NCBI GenBank assembly: GCA_030704615.1
Contig: CM060731.1
Span: 93,806,001-93,870,000 of the forward strand
From: Takakia lepidozioides
Taxonomy: Eukaryota; Plantae; Bryophyta
DNA: 64,000 nucleotides
Direction: 5' to 3'
The position numbers and the translations under genes are program-made. Positions 13,252-26,199 of this stretch are shown here, piece by piece (position 1 is the stretch's first letter; every line of letters begins with the position of its first letter). The notes under the pieces were generated by a model that was not told the origin of the DNA, searched no databases, and worked only from the letters and a program-made list of their open reading frames with translations.

Positions 13252-14027
13252 TGTCGCGCGGCTTTTACTCACCCATCCCTTCGCTATTCGAGGCGGAAAC
13301 TCCAAGATAGAAGAGTTGGAAATCTCTAAATACTTAGCCCGCGCAGAACAATCAGTCATGACCTATAGCTAGTGTATCATGGGGGTGTTTCCTATTTGTT
13401 TCCCTTTTGGCATTCATGTTAGCTAGCTTACCATTGATAATTAAGTATCAGTTTGCTTTATCAATCTATTGGATTCCATCAACTCATCCATTCATTCCAC
13501 AGCTTCACTCAGATCTCTCTACACAGTGTGATTGTATCGTAAAAGTATCCGATTATGATTTATCAGGTATCAGGCCGAAGCCATTGTGTCTCTAATCTGC
13601 TCTACTATATCACTATCGCTTTGCATATAACAAGCATCTACTAATCCTCTTTCCTTCACCGTGCTCCCCATCTTTGCTTCCGATCCTCCTCTCCGCTCCA
13701 TCTCCTCTCATGCATGACCCAGAAGTCCTCCTCCCAATAATAATGATCCCCAAAATTCCCTGCTTCTCCCTTTATCTTCCTACCCGTGGTGGCTCTAACC
13801 GTTTCCCTCACTAACCGTCGTCCGTGAACTAACATGTTCCATATGCAGGTGTTGTTCCCCGCAGTCATTCCCTGTCCTGCTCTCCGTTCCCTATGGTCGT
13901 GACAGCTGTGTCAAGCTGTGACTAGCTGTGTGAAACTGTGACGGGCTGTGACTGGCTGTGCGACTGTGACGGGCTGTGTCGGCTGTGTCGGCTGTGACGG
14001 TCTGTGTTGGCTATGTCGGCTGTGACG
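13252..14027. mobile_element. LTR-like repeat family B (13252-13904, TGTCRCG...CGTGACA) followed by a 9-bp GGCTGTGAC/GGCTGTGTC tandem
   Basis: Second copy at 59391-60284 with the same order of parts; inverted termini. Confidence 0.7.
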
Positions 14028-14028
14028 T

Positions 14029-14801
14029 AATCCCAAAGACGATCGCGTAATGAACTCTAAGCTCTGATACCAAGTGTCGCGCACCTCACTTCGGTAAGCT
14101 CTCTCCTCAAGTCATAGTTACTCGCGTGATGCGCGCGCCTAACTCCCAACCTGGCCGCCGGGCCAACTTGGAGCTCCGGCTGCTCACCGGGGCATAACGG
14201 TCCCCCCTTTGATCTCCCAAAGAACCCTCCAACGATTTGGAACTAGCGGAAATCCCTTTGGTAGTTGGCAGTCCGGAACAGCTCCCCACTCTTTGGTCGC
14301 TTTCCGGCTCGCCCGCTTACTCACTAGTTTTTGGTCACCAACGGGCTTGCACCGTTCTCGGGGTTACTACTCCCTATATATACTTCTGTAGCTGTCCGCA
14401 GGGGTTTCACAAACAACCATGCCATTTTATGGCAAACCACCACGAACACCCTCGACTCCCGGTGATGAGTCGCGGTGAGTCTTGGCCCACCCACCACGGC
14501 CCCTATGGACCGTGATGAGTCCCAAGACTCCCCACGACTCCCACCACGAGGTCTCCGCCCCAGGGGGAGTCCTATGCCACCCCCACTAAGTCTCGCTAAG
14601 CTACCACCACCCCTTGCGGAGCCACCCCCACCGCAACCCGGTGTGCGGGGCTCCACCTAGTGAGCGCCTCCGCCTCCTTGAGTGCCTTGGGCACTCAAGG
14701 GTGCTTCAGCCCCCCCATACCTATCGCTGCCACTGCCCCCACCACAGGGGCAGCCCCTCTTGTGTCCCGACCCCCTGCCCTCAAGGCAAAGGGCCGCGAC
14801 A
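14029..14801 (-). mobile_element. 5' LTR (14075-14801) + tRNA-iMet PBS + ~45 bp of internal sequence of the chromovirus; the rest is deleted
   Basis: gctctgataccaag precedes tgtcgcgcac; the internal stub matches 31860-31905 in reverse. Confidence 0.9.
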
Positions 14802-15128
14802 ACACATGCAGAAGTCCCTACACCAGGATATGGGAGAGTGTATACAGTGGTTTCAAGCAACTCTAGTCTTCAAAATTCCTACCACGTAACAGTGGGAAAT
14901 TATCCAGCCTGCACTTGTATGTACTTCACTTCCATGTTGTCCATGGCTCTTGGCAAGAAAGGCAAATATGTCCCCTGCAAACACCTTTATTACATTTTCT
15001 TGAGAAGGATGTTCTGTGACTTCAAGAGGGACTACTACATAGATCAACCAACCTTGAGCTTCAACGAGGTGCGCATGCTTCTTCAGCGAGATGTTGATGG
15101 CACGCGTACTATTCCATTTGCAATTTGA
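14802..15128 (+). pseudogene. C-terminal SWIM zinc-finger fragment of a third, more divergent Mutator-like transposase
   Basis: PTPGYGRVY..YHVTVGNYPACTC..YVPCKHLYYIF..IDQPTLSFNEV, matching 7170-7426 and 57230-57403. Confidence 0.8.
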
Positions 15129-17731
15129 TATGAAGACAGGAGCTGAGGCTCAGCTACCATTAGGTTCTCTTATATTCATTTCAAAGAATTCATTCATTGA
15201 ATTGGTTCAGTCTCCGGTAGTTGAAAGGATCATTTTTTTACTTTGATTTTGATTTGATTCTGCTTTGCTATTTGATAAGATACAGAACAATACTTTGTAA
15301 TCTATCTGCATGGATGTCTTTTTTTGGCTCCTTAATTTTTCATACTTGGTGGTTAAGTTGGGTCCTAATTCAACATGGGTTTCCACTTCATTTTCAATTT
15401 CTTAACTTGACTTGTATTCTTCTGATATTTGGTTCATTGCTCATTGTTCAATTGTCATTTTTTGCTTCCTCGGATATAGGGTCGCTATAGAGTCATCCGC
15501 GGAAATACGTCCCCTTTCTTGATTTTTTGAAGCCCCATCCAGGCTTAGAATAATATATAATTATATTATGGGCTCCCGATTTCCCGCTCAAGGCAGGAGC
15601 CTTAATCCACTCGATCATGGAGGTTTTACTGTAAATTTCCTTTAATCACCTGAAAATACTTTGTGCATGAAAGAGAAGGCATTGTGGTGTTGGGTGCAGA
15701 GAAGCTATTCTGATGATCATGTTATGTATGTTGCTAAAGTTTACCTTCTAATTGAACCTGCATCCAGAATTGATTAATAAAAGAACCTCAACTAGAATGC
15801 TCTTAATTGTGCAGTAGATTTGAACACAAAACGGTAATCCCTTAGCTCTATGAGTGTGTGTTGAAGGACTGGAGATTGTCCAGCCTTAAGTGTCATAGGG
15901 CATTCAGGAGGGCTTGTATGGTAAAGGATCTTGACCTAAAAGAAAGATGATGGGCCTCTTGTTGGAAGTACCATAAATCTGGCTGTCGTTGGCAATGTGC
16001 CTTGGTTGACATGCTGTTGATGCTCGCAGAGGCATGTACATTTGCCAATCTTCTATCTTCTCTATGCACCACTTTGAATTGAACATTTTACAGATCTTTT
16101 GATATTGGGGATATATCTCAAGATCTCAATCGAGAGCTGCCCTCTCGCTGCAAGAACCGCCTCTTTTCCCCGCAGGCGTTGTAGCCCTGCAACGCGAGTT
16201 GCCCCGCCTGACCTTATGTGCGTGTGCTTGCTGCAGCCTCAACCCTCCGTAGCCCCCTCTTCGTTTGGCGCACTCGCTGGAGCGCAGCCCCATAGCCTTG
16301 TCCCGCCCTGCCCCTTCCTCCTGCGCGAGGCTGCAGACCGGCCCCACAGCCCTGGCCCGCCTCCTCCTTCCTCCTTGGCAATCAATACAGCAGTGCCCCT
16401 CGTTGGAGCTCCTTTCTCCTACATGTTGGGTGCAGACCGGCCCCGTAGCCAGCTGGCCCGCCTCCTCCTTCCGCCTCGACGATGACAGGGCCTCTCATTG
16501 TTGCGCCCTTCGACCTACGCCCTCACCTCCTTCACATGGCAGTTTCATGCAGGGTGGGATGTGGGACCATGGATTCGGAGGGCCTTGCCGCAAGTGTGCA
16601 GGAAGAAAGAATCAAACGCGTTTGAGCTTCTTTTTCTTGCTATTTTGAGTTTCGCCCTCCCTCTTTTCGCTTGTACTTTGCTCCTCTTTTTGACATTCAT
16701 TGACATTAATCCTATCTGTTGGTCAAATTGGTGGAACTCACCCCGCATCCCCTCAACTTAACAGATAACTTTAATATAGTCACAATGCACATTTTTGTTT
16801 TTGGGGTCACATGTGCGATTAGATCCACCACAAATGTTAGGGGATCAAATTCTATTACCAATATCCGTTTTTAATCTCCAACCGAATAAGACAAACTATA
16901 TCCTCAAAGTCGTCAGCCATGGAGAAACGATATGAGATATTGTCTCCTAGTGACATGAAAATAATAATAATATGTGGATCTTTGTCGAAGTAGCGTAACT
17001 TATGGTGTCACTTGACCCCAAAGGACTGTTGCCTTCCACTTTAATGACATGTATATTTGTAATATTCATGATGGACCCCCCAAGTTGAAGCATCTACCAG
17101 TGTTTCTGAAAAACAAGACATTTGTTTCAAACCTCTCAGAAACTGCACCTCTCTAGAGCACCACTAACACGCCATTGCCTCCTCCCAAGATTTGGGATAT
17201 TATGTGAATGAGAATATTAACATTGTATATTATATACTATTTGGTGATATTCATGATAGTTGAGGGATCGACAAGTGTTTCTACATGAAGGTGGACATCT
17301 ATCTCTCTCAAGTCCCGCGCAAACTACATCTGTCTACAACACCCCCACCATGTTATTGGCTCCTCCCAACATTTTGGGGCACCATGGGTATCGGTTATTT
17401 GACATTATAAATAATATAGCCATGGTTCATGTTCTTGTTTGTAATTTTAGTGGGACGTGCGTGAAGTTAAAGCCCACCAAAGTAAGGGTCAACTTCCAAG
17501 TCCGAACAGTTGGCCAAGATGAGGATAAACTTTGACACGAGGAGCTCATTTCCACGTATTGTTTTATACTGCCTATTGATATGGCTAGCACAATACCTAG
17601 GAATGTGACGCCAACTTTTGACTGTGTTCATTACCAACAATTGACAATTGACTTTACTTGTTTGGGGATTGATAGTATATGAGCACACCTACGGGTACTG
17701 CTCATAAGCATAGAAAAATGGAGGTGTGAAC

Positions 17732-18915
17732 CAGTGTTGTGCGGGTATATTGATTTCAATATACCCTTAGGGTATAAGTAAATTATTTTTGTCAAATCAT
17801 TTACCCTCCGAGTTTGGATAAATTGAAATCTCAAAAAATTATTTACCCTTCGGGTATGGGTAAATTAACTTTTCAGATTTCTATATAACCCCCGGGTATG
17901 GATATACATGCCAAAATATACCCTGAGGGTATGAATAGTTTCCGGGTATGCATAGTTATTTCCATTAATATATAGTTTAATGGTTTTAAAGAATATATGA
18001 TGTTTTTTTTTATGTTTGTTTTTTCGAAAACGAAACCTGGGAGCGACTGCTCACAAGATGTTCTTCAATATGTACAAAACACCCGAAAAAAAACAAAAAA
18101 AAACAAAAAAAAAAAACAATCTATGGTAAAAGAGAAAATTGATAAGATATTGCATAATATTTTGGTGTTAATTTCCAATGCAAGATGGAGGAGGTTTGAG
18201 ATTAAAAAAAAAGCACGTTGGCTGGTAGCCAGCTGGTAAGTGCACAGTGTGTGTCACTCAGGTGGTTCGGGGTTCGAACCCGCTGCCCTGCCCCGTGTGT
18301 GGGTTTGTTCGTGTGACGGTATGTTTGGGTGTTGATCGTCCTGTACATCTCATGGCCCATAAATGAAAGGGGGTTAATCTTTCCCCCTCCTCAAGGGCCT
18401 GAATTGTGGGCTGTCGCTCCCAGATTTCTTTAAATAAATAAATAAATAAAAACCCCTCAAGGACCTAAATTGTCCTTTTATATATATATATATGCGAGAT
18501 CTGTTGTTTGGGTTATATGACATTTAAGGAATGATATATATGTAACATTTGTTTTAGCTGTGATTGGAGCTTTCTTATAGCTCAAGGCTCCCTAACAACA
18601 CAACAAAAAAGAAAAAAGACCTAGCACATAAAGGCTATGAAGGCACATAAAGCCCCTTATATACCCTGATTAGATATACCCTTCATGTTAACATATACCC
18701 TTTAGGAAAGTAGGGTATATTGAGCGTCTTGATGGAGGGTAAATATAAGGATAAGATTTTATGATATAAGGGTAAGGGTATATCATAAAAATATACCCTG
18801 ATATAAGGGTATACATCCAGGTACCTAAACTTGCCACACCAGGGTATATATATATCAATATACCCTGATATACCCGCCGGGTATATCAGGGTAATTCATA
18901 TACCCGCCCAACACA
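17732..18915. mobile_element. hAT-type MITE, TIR CAGTGTTG(T/G)GCGGGTAT, 8-bp TSD GTGTGAAC
   Basis: GTGTGAAC at 17724-17731 and 18916-18923; the right TIR tacccgcccaacac is slightly eroded; many subterminal gggtat/ataccc motifs. Confidence 0.8.
18213..18452 (+). mobile_element. Probable tRNA-derived SINE nested in the MITE
   Basis: A-box tagccagctgg (18226), B-box ggttcgaaccc (18271), (AAAT)n tail 18431-18452; no clear TSD. Confidence 0.55.
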
Positions 18916-18998
18916 GTGTGAACACATAAACAAAGTAATATTAGGCTCCCAATCTTTCCATGGAAATAGAATATATAAGATAGACATATGCTTCAAAC

Positions 18999-19677
18999 CA
19001 ATGTTGGTCGGGTAATACTTTTTTTAATACCAGCCGGGTCCTGGTATTGAAATATTTTTACTTTCAATACCAGCAGGCTCCATAGTATTAGAATACTCAC
19101 AAAATTTTATATTTCACCCAACATGCCATATATTGTCTCTCCTTGATCAAGAGTTTTTTTTTTTTTTTTTTTTTTTTTCAAACACAAATATGATGGATGA
19201 GAAGAATCTATGCGTTACCGATTTGGCCATGTTCGACAATGAGACTTGGAACCAGTTTTCCTAATTGATTGTACTTGATTTGACAAAATGCTCATGTACT
19301 ACAAAGGCTTTTGCATCATTTTTAAATTTTTTGGGAAACCAGGCATCCTTGTAAATTGGTCCCTCAGACTACCACTTTAAAGTAAAAATTAAATTACTTA
19401 TACCCGGGTTGGTAACCGGCTGGTATTACAATTGGAATACCACTGGTTGATAACCGTCTGCAACTTCAAAATCCGGCATCTATTGAGAACGGACGGATAC
19501 GGATATTGCCTTTCCAAAGACCGGCCAGGCTAGGTAGGGTATTGACCTAAGTATTGCAAGTGCCAAATACTATGGGTTCCGGGTCTTGACCCTAGTACCA
19601 CAAAAGTAAATACCAGCCGGCTTCTTTAATACCCTAGTTGATAATCGGCCTGACCCCTACATACCAGTCCAACACTG
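18999..19677. mobile_element. hAT-type MITE
   Basis: Ends caatgttggtcgggta / taccagtccaacactg; flanked by cttcaaac and attcaaac. Confidence 0.75.
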
Positions 19678-19685
19678 ATTCAAAC

Positions 19686-21218
19686 CAGTGTTGGGCGGGT
19701 ATATGATATACCCGCGCCCACCAATTGCATGATACCCTCACCCGGGCCAGGCTATTGGCCGGGTATTGAACTGCGTCCTACCTGAAGCGGACCCTATCCT
19801 GATCCCAAGCCTCTAAGGATACCCGGACCCTACCAGGTTTCTATCCGCCTCCGGGTTTATGCCCACATGGGCCCACAATAGCCCACCACACCCCACCTTC
19901 TGCGTCTTTTTCTATTGGACCACACACTTGTTCCAACATGGAGATGTGTGGTAATTGCCGCTTCTATAGGGTTTTATTTTTATCCGTCTTCAATAAAATT
20001 ATATGCCATTGGATTTATTTTATTTTATTTTATATAAAAGGGAGCGGTGCCCGACAGTCAAATTAAGAGGGGAAACAAGGAAAAAATAACCTCGAAGAAA
20101 GCCATGAAGCATACGAGGGGGATACCACCCCAATTTTTTTATTTTTTTTAAGTGTTGAAAATGGCAAGGACTACGCTTAACCCAACGAGTTTAAGGCAAG
20201 CGTGTGAGGTGGTGGGCCCGCTGCCAGAGCTCCGGCAGGCTCCACTAGACTGCCAGTCAAATCTCATCCCCCATTGGGAAGATGGGGAGCGCTCCACAAT
20301 TCCTGTTCCCTCCTCATGCTCCCCACCTTTTGGACCATGTTCCCAAACATTCCCCAATTTTGCTCCCCTGTTCCCGCTCCCCGATCCCTACTCCCCATAG
20401 TGGGACATGGGAGCGAGGAGGGGAGCGGGGATCGGGAACAGGGGAGCAAGGACAAAGGATAGGGATAGGGGAGCGGGACTGGGAACAAGGAAATGAGCAG
20501 GGGAGCGGATAATGAGAACAGGGGAGCGGAGCGGGGATCTTGGACTTAGAATTTTTTTGGAGATGTAAAAATACATTAATTAATCACATGTGCAACCAAT
20601 CTCTCGATGTGCTTCAACTGCCGCAAATTGAACCTCAAACTCATCGCTATAATGCATATCACCAAGCCACCTCACTACCATCCGCTTCTTGACAAACCTT
20701 TGATTTTTCTAATGTTTTACTCTACAATACAGTCTCGCAGGTGAGAGGGGAGCAGTGGGGGTGGGGATTTGACAGCACGCCCCGCCAGAACGTCGCTGGT
20801 ATGGCCATCCCCGGCAACCGTACCGGCAAGGCTCCCACACTTGCATTCAACTCGTTGGGTAAGCGTGGTTTTCTCCGTTGAAAACATGAATTAGCTGCGC
20901 CATTTTCTGTAGGACTGTTTTAAAGTTTTTTTTTTAAATTTTAATTTTAAATTATTGTGTTGTGCCATTATTTGCTTAATAGGCCCACCCGGACCCTTAA
21001 TTTACCTGGGCTTGAGGGTATGTTATATGAATACCCAGACATATCCTAACCCGGCTCATTATTCAGATATTATCTTACCTTGACCCGACCCGGATTGTAT
21101 GTGCACACTGAAACCGAGACCCGGTGGGTCCATTTTTATATTGAAAAGGGGTAACCCGGACCCTAAGGGTATATTGAAATCAATCTACAAAAAAAAAAAA
21201 TCTGCCCGCCCAACATTG
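19686..21218. mobile_element. hAT-type MITE with an internal inverted repeat (~20150-20215 / ~20838-20890)
   Basis: Ends cagtgttgggcgggta / tgcccgcccaacattg; flanked by attcaaac and gctcaaac. Confidence 0.8.
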
Positions 21219-21366
21219 GCTCAAACCGGTGTTGTGTCAGGTATATCGAGGAGTAAATGGATTCGTATATACCCGGACCTAGCCACATATGTTATCCGAA
21301 TATTACCCTACATATAACCGGATGATGTAGTTCAGAGATTTATCCTACCCAATAGCGGGTATAAAC

Positions 21367-22280
21367 GAGTGTTGTGCGGGTCTGGGTTTTGACCCCGGGT
21401 ACCAGGTGGGTTAGAGTCCAAGTTACCCGGAGCCGTACTTGGACTCCGTACCTGGACCCGTGCCATCACAAACCCGGACCTTGACCCGGGTTCATACATG
21501 GACCCGCCTGCTAGGTCCAGAACCCGTTATACCCGCTAACCTGTGGGCCAGTGCGACGGGTCGGGTCCAGGTTTAATTTTAGGTGGGGCATGCGAGGTCC
21601 ACCTTAGATGTGGTATGTTTTGCAATGTGTGTGGAGGTGACGAGTAATAAGCGGCTGCAGCAGCCAGCCCCCACCACTCAAGGTAGACCATATAGACAAT
21701 CAACTTGTAGCCCAGTGGTAATGGCCACAAACCACCTCAAAAGTGGTTGTGGGTTCAATCCACGAATTGGTGTCACAAAGTTGTGTCCTTCGGGGTCAAG
21801 TGACACCATAATTTACACATCCCAAAGGAGGTGTCATATATTATTATTACGCCAGCTCCCACACATCCATGCTATAGTGATGTATGAGCCTTGAGGCATA
21901 TTACTATTCTTAATATGTTTAAGAATTGATATTGAATAATGGAACTCAATTTTTATTTTAATTCTTGTGTTAAATGAGCAATACATATTCATGGTATATT
22001 TTGAAGGAATGTGTCTTTAAAGAAAATTCACCATTTGGATTTAGTTTTTTTTTTCCAGCCAAAAATAATTTTATCTCTAATTAATCTTAATTTTCTAGTT
22101 TATTTAGTCAATTAATTTAGGACCCGGATCGGAACCCAGAACCCGCTAATATTTTCCAACAACTACCCGGACCCGAGTCCGTGTTGAAAAACCCGGACCC
22201 GAACCTGGACTTGGTTCCAAAAGAAAACCCGAACCCAGACCCGGTGGGTTCCATAAAAAGGCACTACCCGCACAACTCTG
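21367..22280. mobile_element. Nested hAT-type MITE, perfect 8-bp TSD GTATAAAC
   Basis: gagtgttgtgcgggt...acccgcacaactctg; GTATAAAC at 21359-21366 and 22281-22288; gacccg subterminal motifs. Confidence 0.85.
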
Positions 22281-22739
22281 GTATAAACTAATATGGGGGT
22301 ATATTGTATGCAAGGGTATATTTATCCCATATACATGAGGCATGGGAAATTTATGACTATATAGAACCATGCAGGCTGTGCATTGGACCAAAATCTGCTA
22401 TATACCCCTTATGAGTGTGTCATTATATGCCTCTCATTGAACAATATTAGTGTCTTCAATGCCCGCGTGTGGCTGCGGCGGGGCTCGCGTGTGGCAAAGG
22501 GGGTCGCGGAGGGTGGGACTGCCCGGACCCGGCCAGTCTGCTGCTGGGTCTGCCCGGCAAGCTAGTCTGCTGGGGCCCACAATATGCACATAAAGCATTA
22601 GTTATTTCAAAGGTCTGTAAAAAGTGGCGAGTGGTGTGGTGGTTAAGAGCAATGAACAATAAGCACGAGGTTTGGTGTTCAAATCTTGTCAAGTTATACT
22701 ATGGCAGTAATGTGTGTTATTAAATATATATTTTGTCGA

Positions 22740-22935
22740 TGGGTCTGCCAGTCCGCTCGAAAGTTGGAGGGTGTGCCCAGTCCGCTAGAAGGTTGGAGTT
22801 AGTCCGCTCGCCGGTTTGTTGGAGGTCTGTTGGAGGGTGTGCCCTGCTCGTTGGTCTGCTGGAGGGTCTGCCAGTCCGCTCGAAGATTGGAGTCGGTCTG
22901 TTGGAGGGTCTGCCCAGTCCGCTAGAAGGTCCGCC
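22740..22935. repeat. Minisatellite (ggagggtctgcccagtccgctagaag-like units)
   Basis: Directly visible degenerate tandem. Confidence 0.7.
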
Positions 22936-23145
22936 ATGGTAGATAAACAAGGACTTCGAAAAATTTCAGAATCTGGCCGACCCGGTGAATGGGCGGTGGG
23001 CTTATGAGCTCATCCCATGGGCCGTACTGGCGGGGCCCATAGGTGCATTGAAGACGCGAATACTAAAAAATGAGAGGCGGTATTATATAGGATATATAGT
23101 TTTATTTATACCCTGGACTTATACCTACTCGTCATACAAAAACCC

Positions 23146-24016
23146 GAGGTTAGGTAGCATGTGCGTAGGCTCACGCCTCAGTGCGCATGCTCACGTGAGC
23201 AGAAGAGCATATGCCGCATATTCCAAGAATATTCTTGAAAAAATACTTTAGCGGAACTAAAACGTGCTCACGCCAGACGAAATGTGAAACATTTGGAAAT
23301 TTCTGCTCATGTGAGCACAAGTCTGCTCACGTGAGCAGAAACCATACGAAGTTGGGGCATAGGGAATTTCCTGTCAGTGCAATCTCCATCAACAATTTTC
23401 GTCAATTAATAGTTGCATATTTAATCATGTGATGTTGACACTCGTAGCAATCACTAATATGCAAAACTAGACACAATTCATTTGTTTCGCCCACGAAAGC
23501 ATGGGTAATGACCTACCGCAATAAGCACGTAACAATTTGTTAGCGAAATAACACAACCTCGCGTCGTCCCTTATATGCAAAACCAAACACAACTCATTTT
23601 TTTCCGCTAAGAAACCATTGGATAATGACCTATGCAACGATACCTTAAAATTTCGCTAGCAAAATCCGATACCTTGATTTATTTCGCTAACGAAATCTGA
23701 TAAATTCATTGGAAAAACCCATTGTTTGCCTCATTATATTAAATTGTTCAATTATTGTTTGGTATTTGTGTGTTTTGGATGGTGTTGGGTATTGTGACTT
23801 TGTTTTTCCTTAATGACATGTTGTTTTTTTGTAGGATACCGAAGCTGTAAATATTTGGAACTTGGAGTTGGTAGATATACAGTAGGGGTGCCTATTCGTG
23901 TGTAGGAAGTAGGTTTTGTCCTTCGTATTCTATTTCCGTGGAAACATGGGTACCCTATTGCCGTATTTTGTGCTCACGACTCCATTTTCTTGTGCTCACG
24001 TTCTACCACCCCCCCA
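23146..24016. mobile_element. Possible MULE-like MITE with gctcacg subterminal motifs
   Basis: Imperfect termini gaggttaggtagcatgtg / cacgttctaccaccccc; only an imperfect 9-bp flank similarity. Confidence 0.3.
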
Positions 24017-24769
24017 ATAACCAAGGGTAAATGTATTTCAATATACTCTGTTAGTTAAAAAATGAGATATAATATACCATGTCTTGAGGGACCAGGGTAT
24101 ATCTATATCAAAATTAGTAAATTATCCTGACCCGGAGGGTATATGTTTTTACTATAATGTATTATCTGGACCCGGAGGGTATGTTTAAAATTATATATCC
24201 ACACAACACTAGTTCAAACACACAAATAGACTCAGTACTTGCTATGTATTATAATCGATATGATAAATATAATTCTTACTGCCTATAAATTATAATTACT
24301 TTGACATTCTTCGTGAGAATAACCATCAAAGCAGGAACTTACTTGGAATTATTGAAAGGAAACAAATCAAAACCCTCATAGCCTGCATGAGCAAGAATGT
24401 GCTATGCGAGCAAATATTTTGAATAGTTTTGCAATGGTTTTGGCATGACATTCTTGTTTCGCCATAATATCTTCACGATATATTTTCAGATTATACCAAA
24501 TATTCCTTTTTGCTCGCATGAGCATGCTGCACATATGCTACATAACCTCTACCTATTGTATTCGATCACGGCCTGTACCTAGTTATTCAATTACTGGGGT
24601 AACATACAATGAACTATTCAAGAAAGAAAACAATATGACAACCACTCAATCAGGCTTGCCACTTGCTGACTACCTCAATGGGTTAAAGCCTTGGACAACA
24701 AGACCAACCTACTTGCCACTTGTTTGGAACCATACTCACATGAAAATTAAATTACATTCCCCAAAATTA

Positions 24770-25700
24770 GATGCAGTAATGCTTGTTGGTAATATAAGCA
24801 CCACCATTTACTCTGGTCCCTCATTTGGAGATACATCACCTATATCAATCAACAAGGGCAATATACAAGAAGATACACTCAGCCCATACCTATTTATTAT
24901 ATTTTTGGAACCTCTTCTCAGATGGCTGGCCCTAGGTAACATCGGATACCAGTACATTACCTCACCAAATAATGTCCCAACAGCTGCCTATGCAGATGAT
25001 CTCGTTTTGCTCTCTAATAAAGCTACACATCTCAGCTGACAAATTAAAAAATTATAAAGATTCAATAAATGGGCAATGGAACTGAGCCTACATAAATGTG
25101 CAATAACAGCAATCACACACCATACTAAACATGATGCAGCAACTGTGTCAAGAATACTCCATAACACTGTGCTATATAATAATCATCATTTCCCATATCT
25201 GGACTAAGACAACCCATACACATATTTTGGTATACAAATGACGCCATCACTAAATTGGGATACTCAGAGAAATTTTACTCGAAACAAATTATCACACAGG
25301 CTACATCCTTACTGAACTCTCCGGCCAAAGCGACCAAACATTCGACTCCACACTTCATCCCTAGAAACAACATGGGATACAAGCCTACAACAATGTCTCT
25401 TTGACCCAAACAATAGCCCCCACGTCAAACAAACCACCCTAAAATTCTTTATGCGATATAATATATATCGACAATTTTACAACTTACAGATGCAAGTGAA
25501 ACCAAGCTTATTAACCCACACACTTTTCGCCTAACCTGAACTTGAAGAAATACAGTGCATTGTCCAAAAAATGCGATTGACCAATATGGAGCCTCTCGCG
25601 TTGATACTATGTACTTGTGTAAATGGAAAGATGCCCCCCCCACCACTTGGGAACATATTGACATTCTCTTCCATTGCCCAAAAAGACATAAATTACAACA
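24770..25700 (+). pseudogene. Degenerate LINE reverse transcriptase fragment
   Basis: ISINKGNIQEDTLSPYLFIIFLEPLLRWL (QGDxLSP motif), AYADDL, HKCAIT, PYTYFGIQM. Confidence 0.85.
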
Positions 25701-26199
25701 CCATATTCAAAAGATAACTGATTGTTGTCGTTGGACCAACTTAGCTATTTGGCACATATTCACAATTAGCATATTGCGGAGCTTCAAACATCTGATAAAC
25801 GCTTCATTAGCCCACCAAGAAAATTTGTACCGTACCTACATATCTCTCTAGCCGAGTGCAATGCGGACATAGATGTCCTACGTACCACACGCCATTTACT
25901 TGTGCACCTCCAATTGACTGGGAGCCAAAACCCTTGTCCGCCTTCGATGCGTGTGCCAGCTCAGTGATGCTTGGACTTCGTGCTCTCTCTTTCTTCTGCC
26001 AGGGCCACAACAAAAAAAAAAAATAGCCCCTATTCATCCAAACAAGTGGGGCATTTACATAGGCATGACTGTAGTGACAGTTTGCAACTACCTCACAGGG
26101 CAGAGATGGTATTCTACTCCATCACATACATGTGTATATATGTACATACATATAGATGTATACATATACTAAAATGTGGTACAGATATTCATATTACCA

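Larger units (their letters stand above)
21227..24211. mobile_element. hAT-type non-autonomous element carrying nested insertions
   Basis: Ends cggtgttgtgtcaggtata / tatatccacacaacacta; flanked by gctcaaac and gttcaaac; internal inverted repeat 22429-22462 / 23045-23078. Confidence 0.7.

Noticed and set aside
16099-16648. Protein-coding gene in the GC-rich patch
   Set aside because: Overlapping low-complexity ORFs with a short direct repeat and no recognisable motif.
18221-18295. Functional tRNA gene
   Set aside because: A and B boxes are present but there is no convincing cloverleaf or poly-T terminator; an unrelated body and (AAAT)n tail follow, which fits a SINE.
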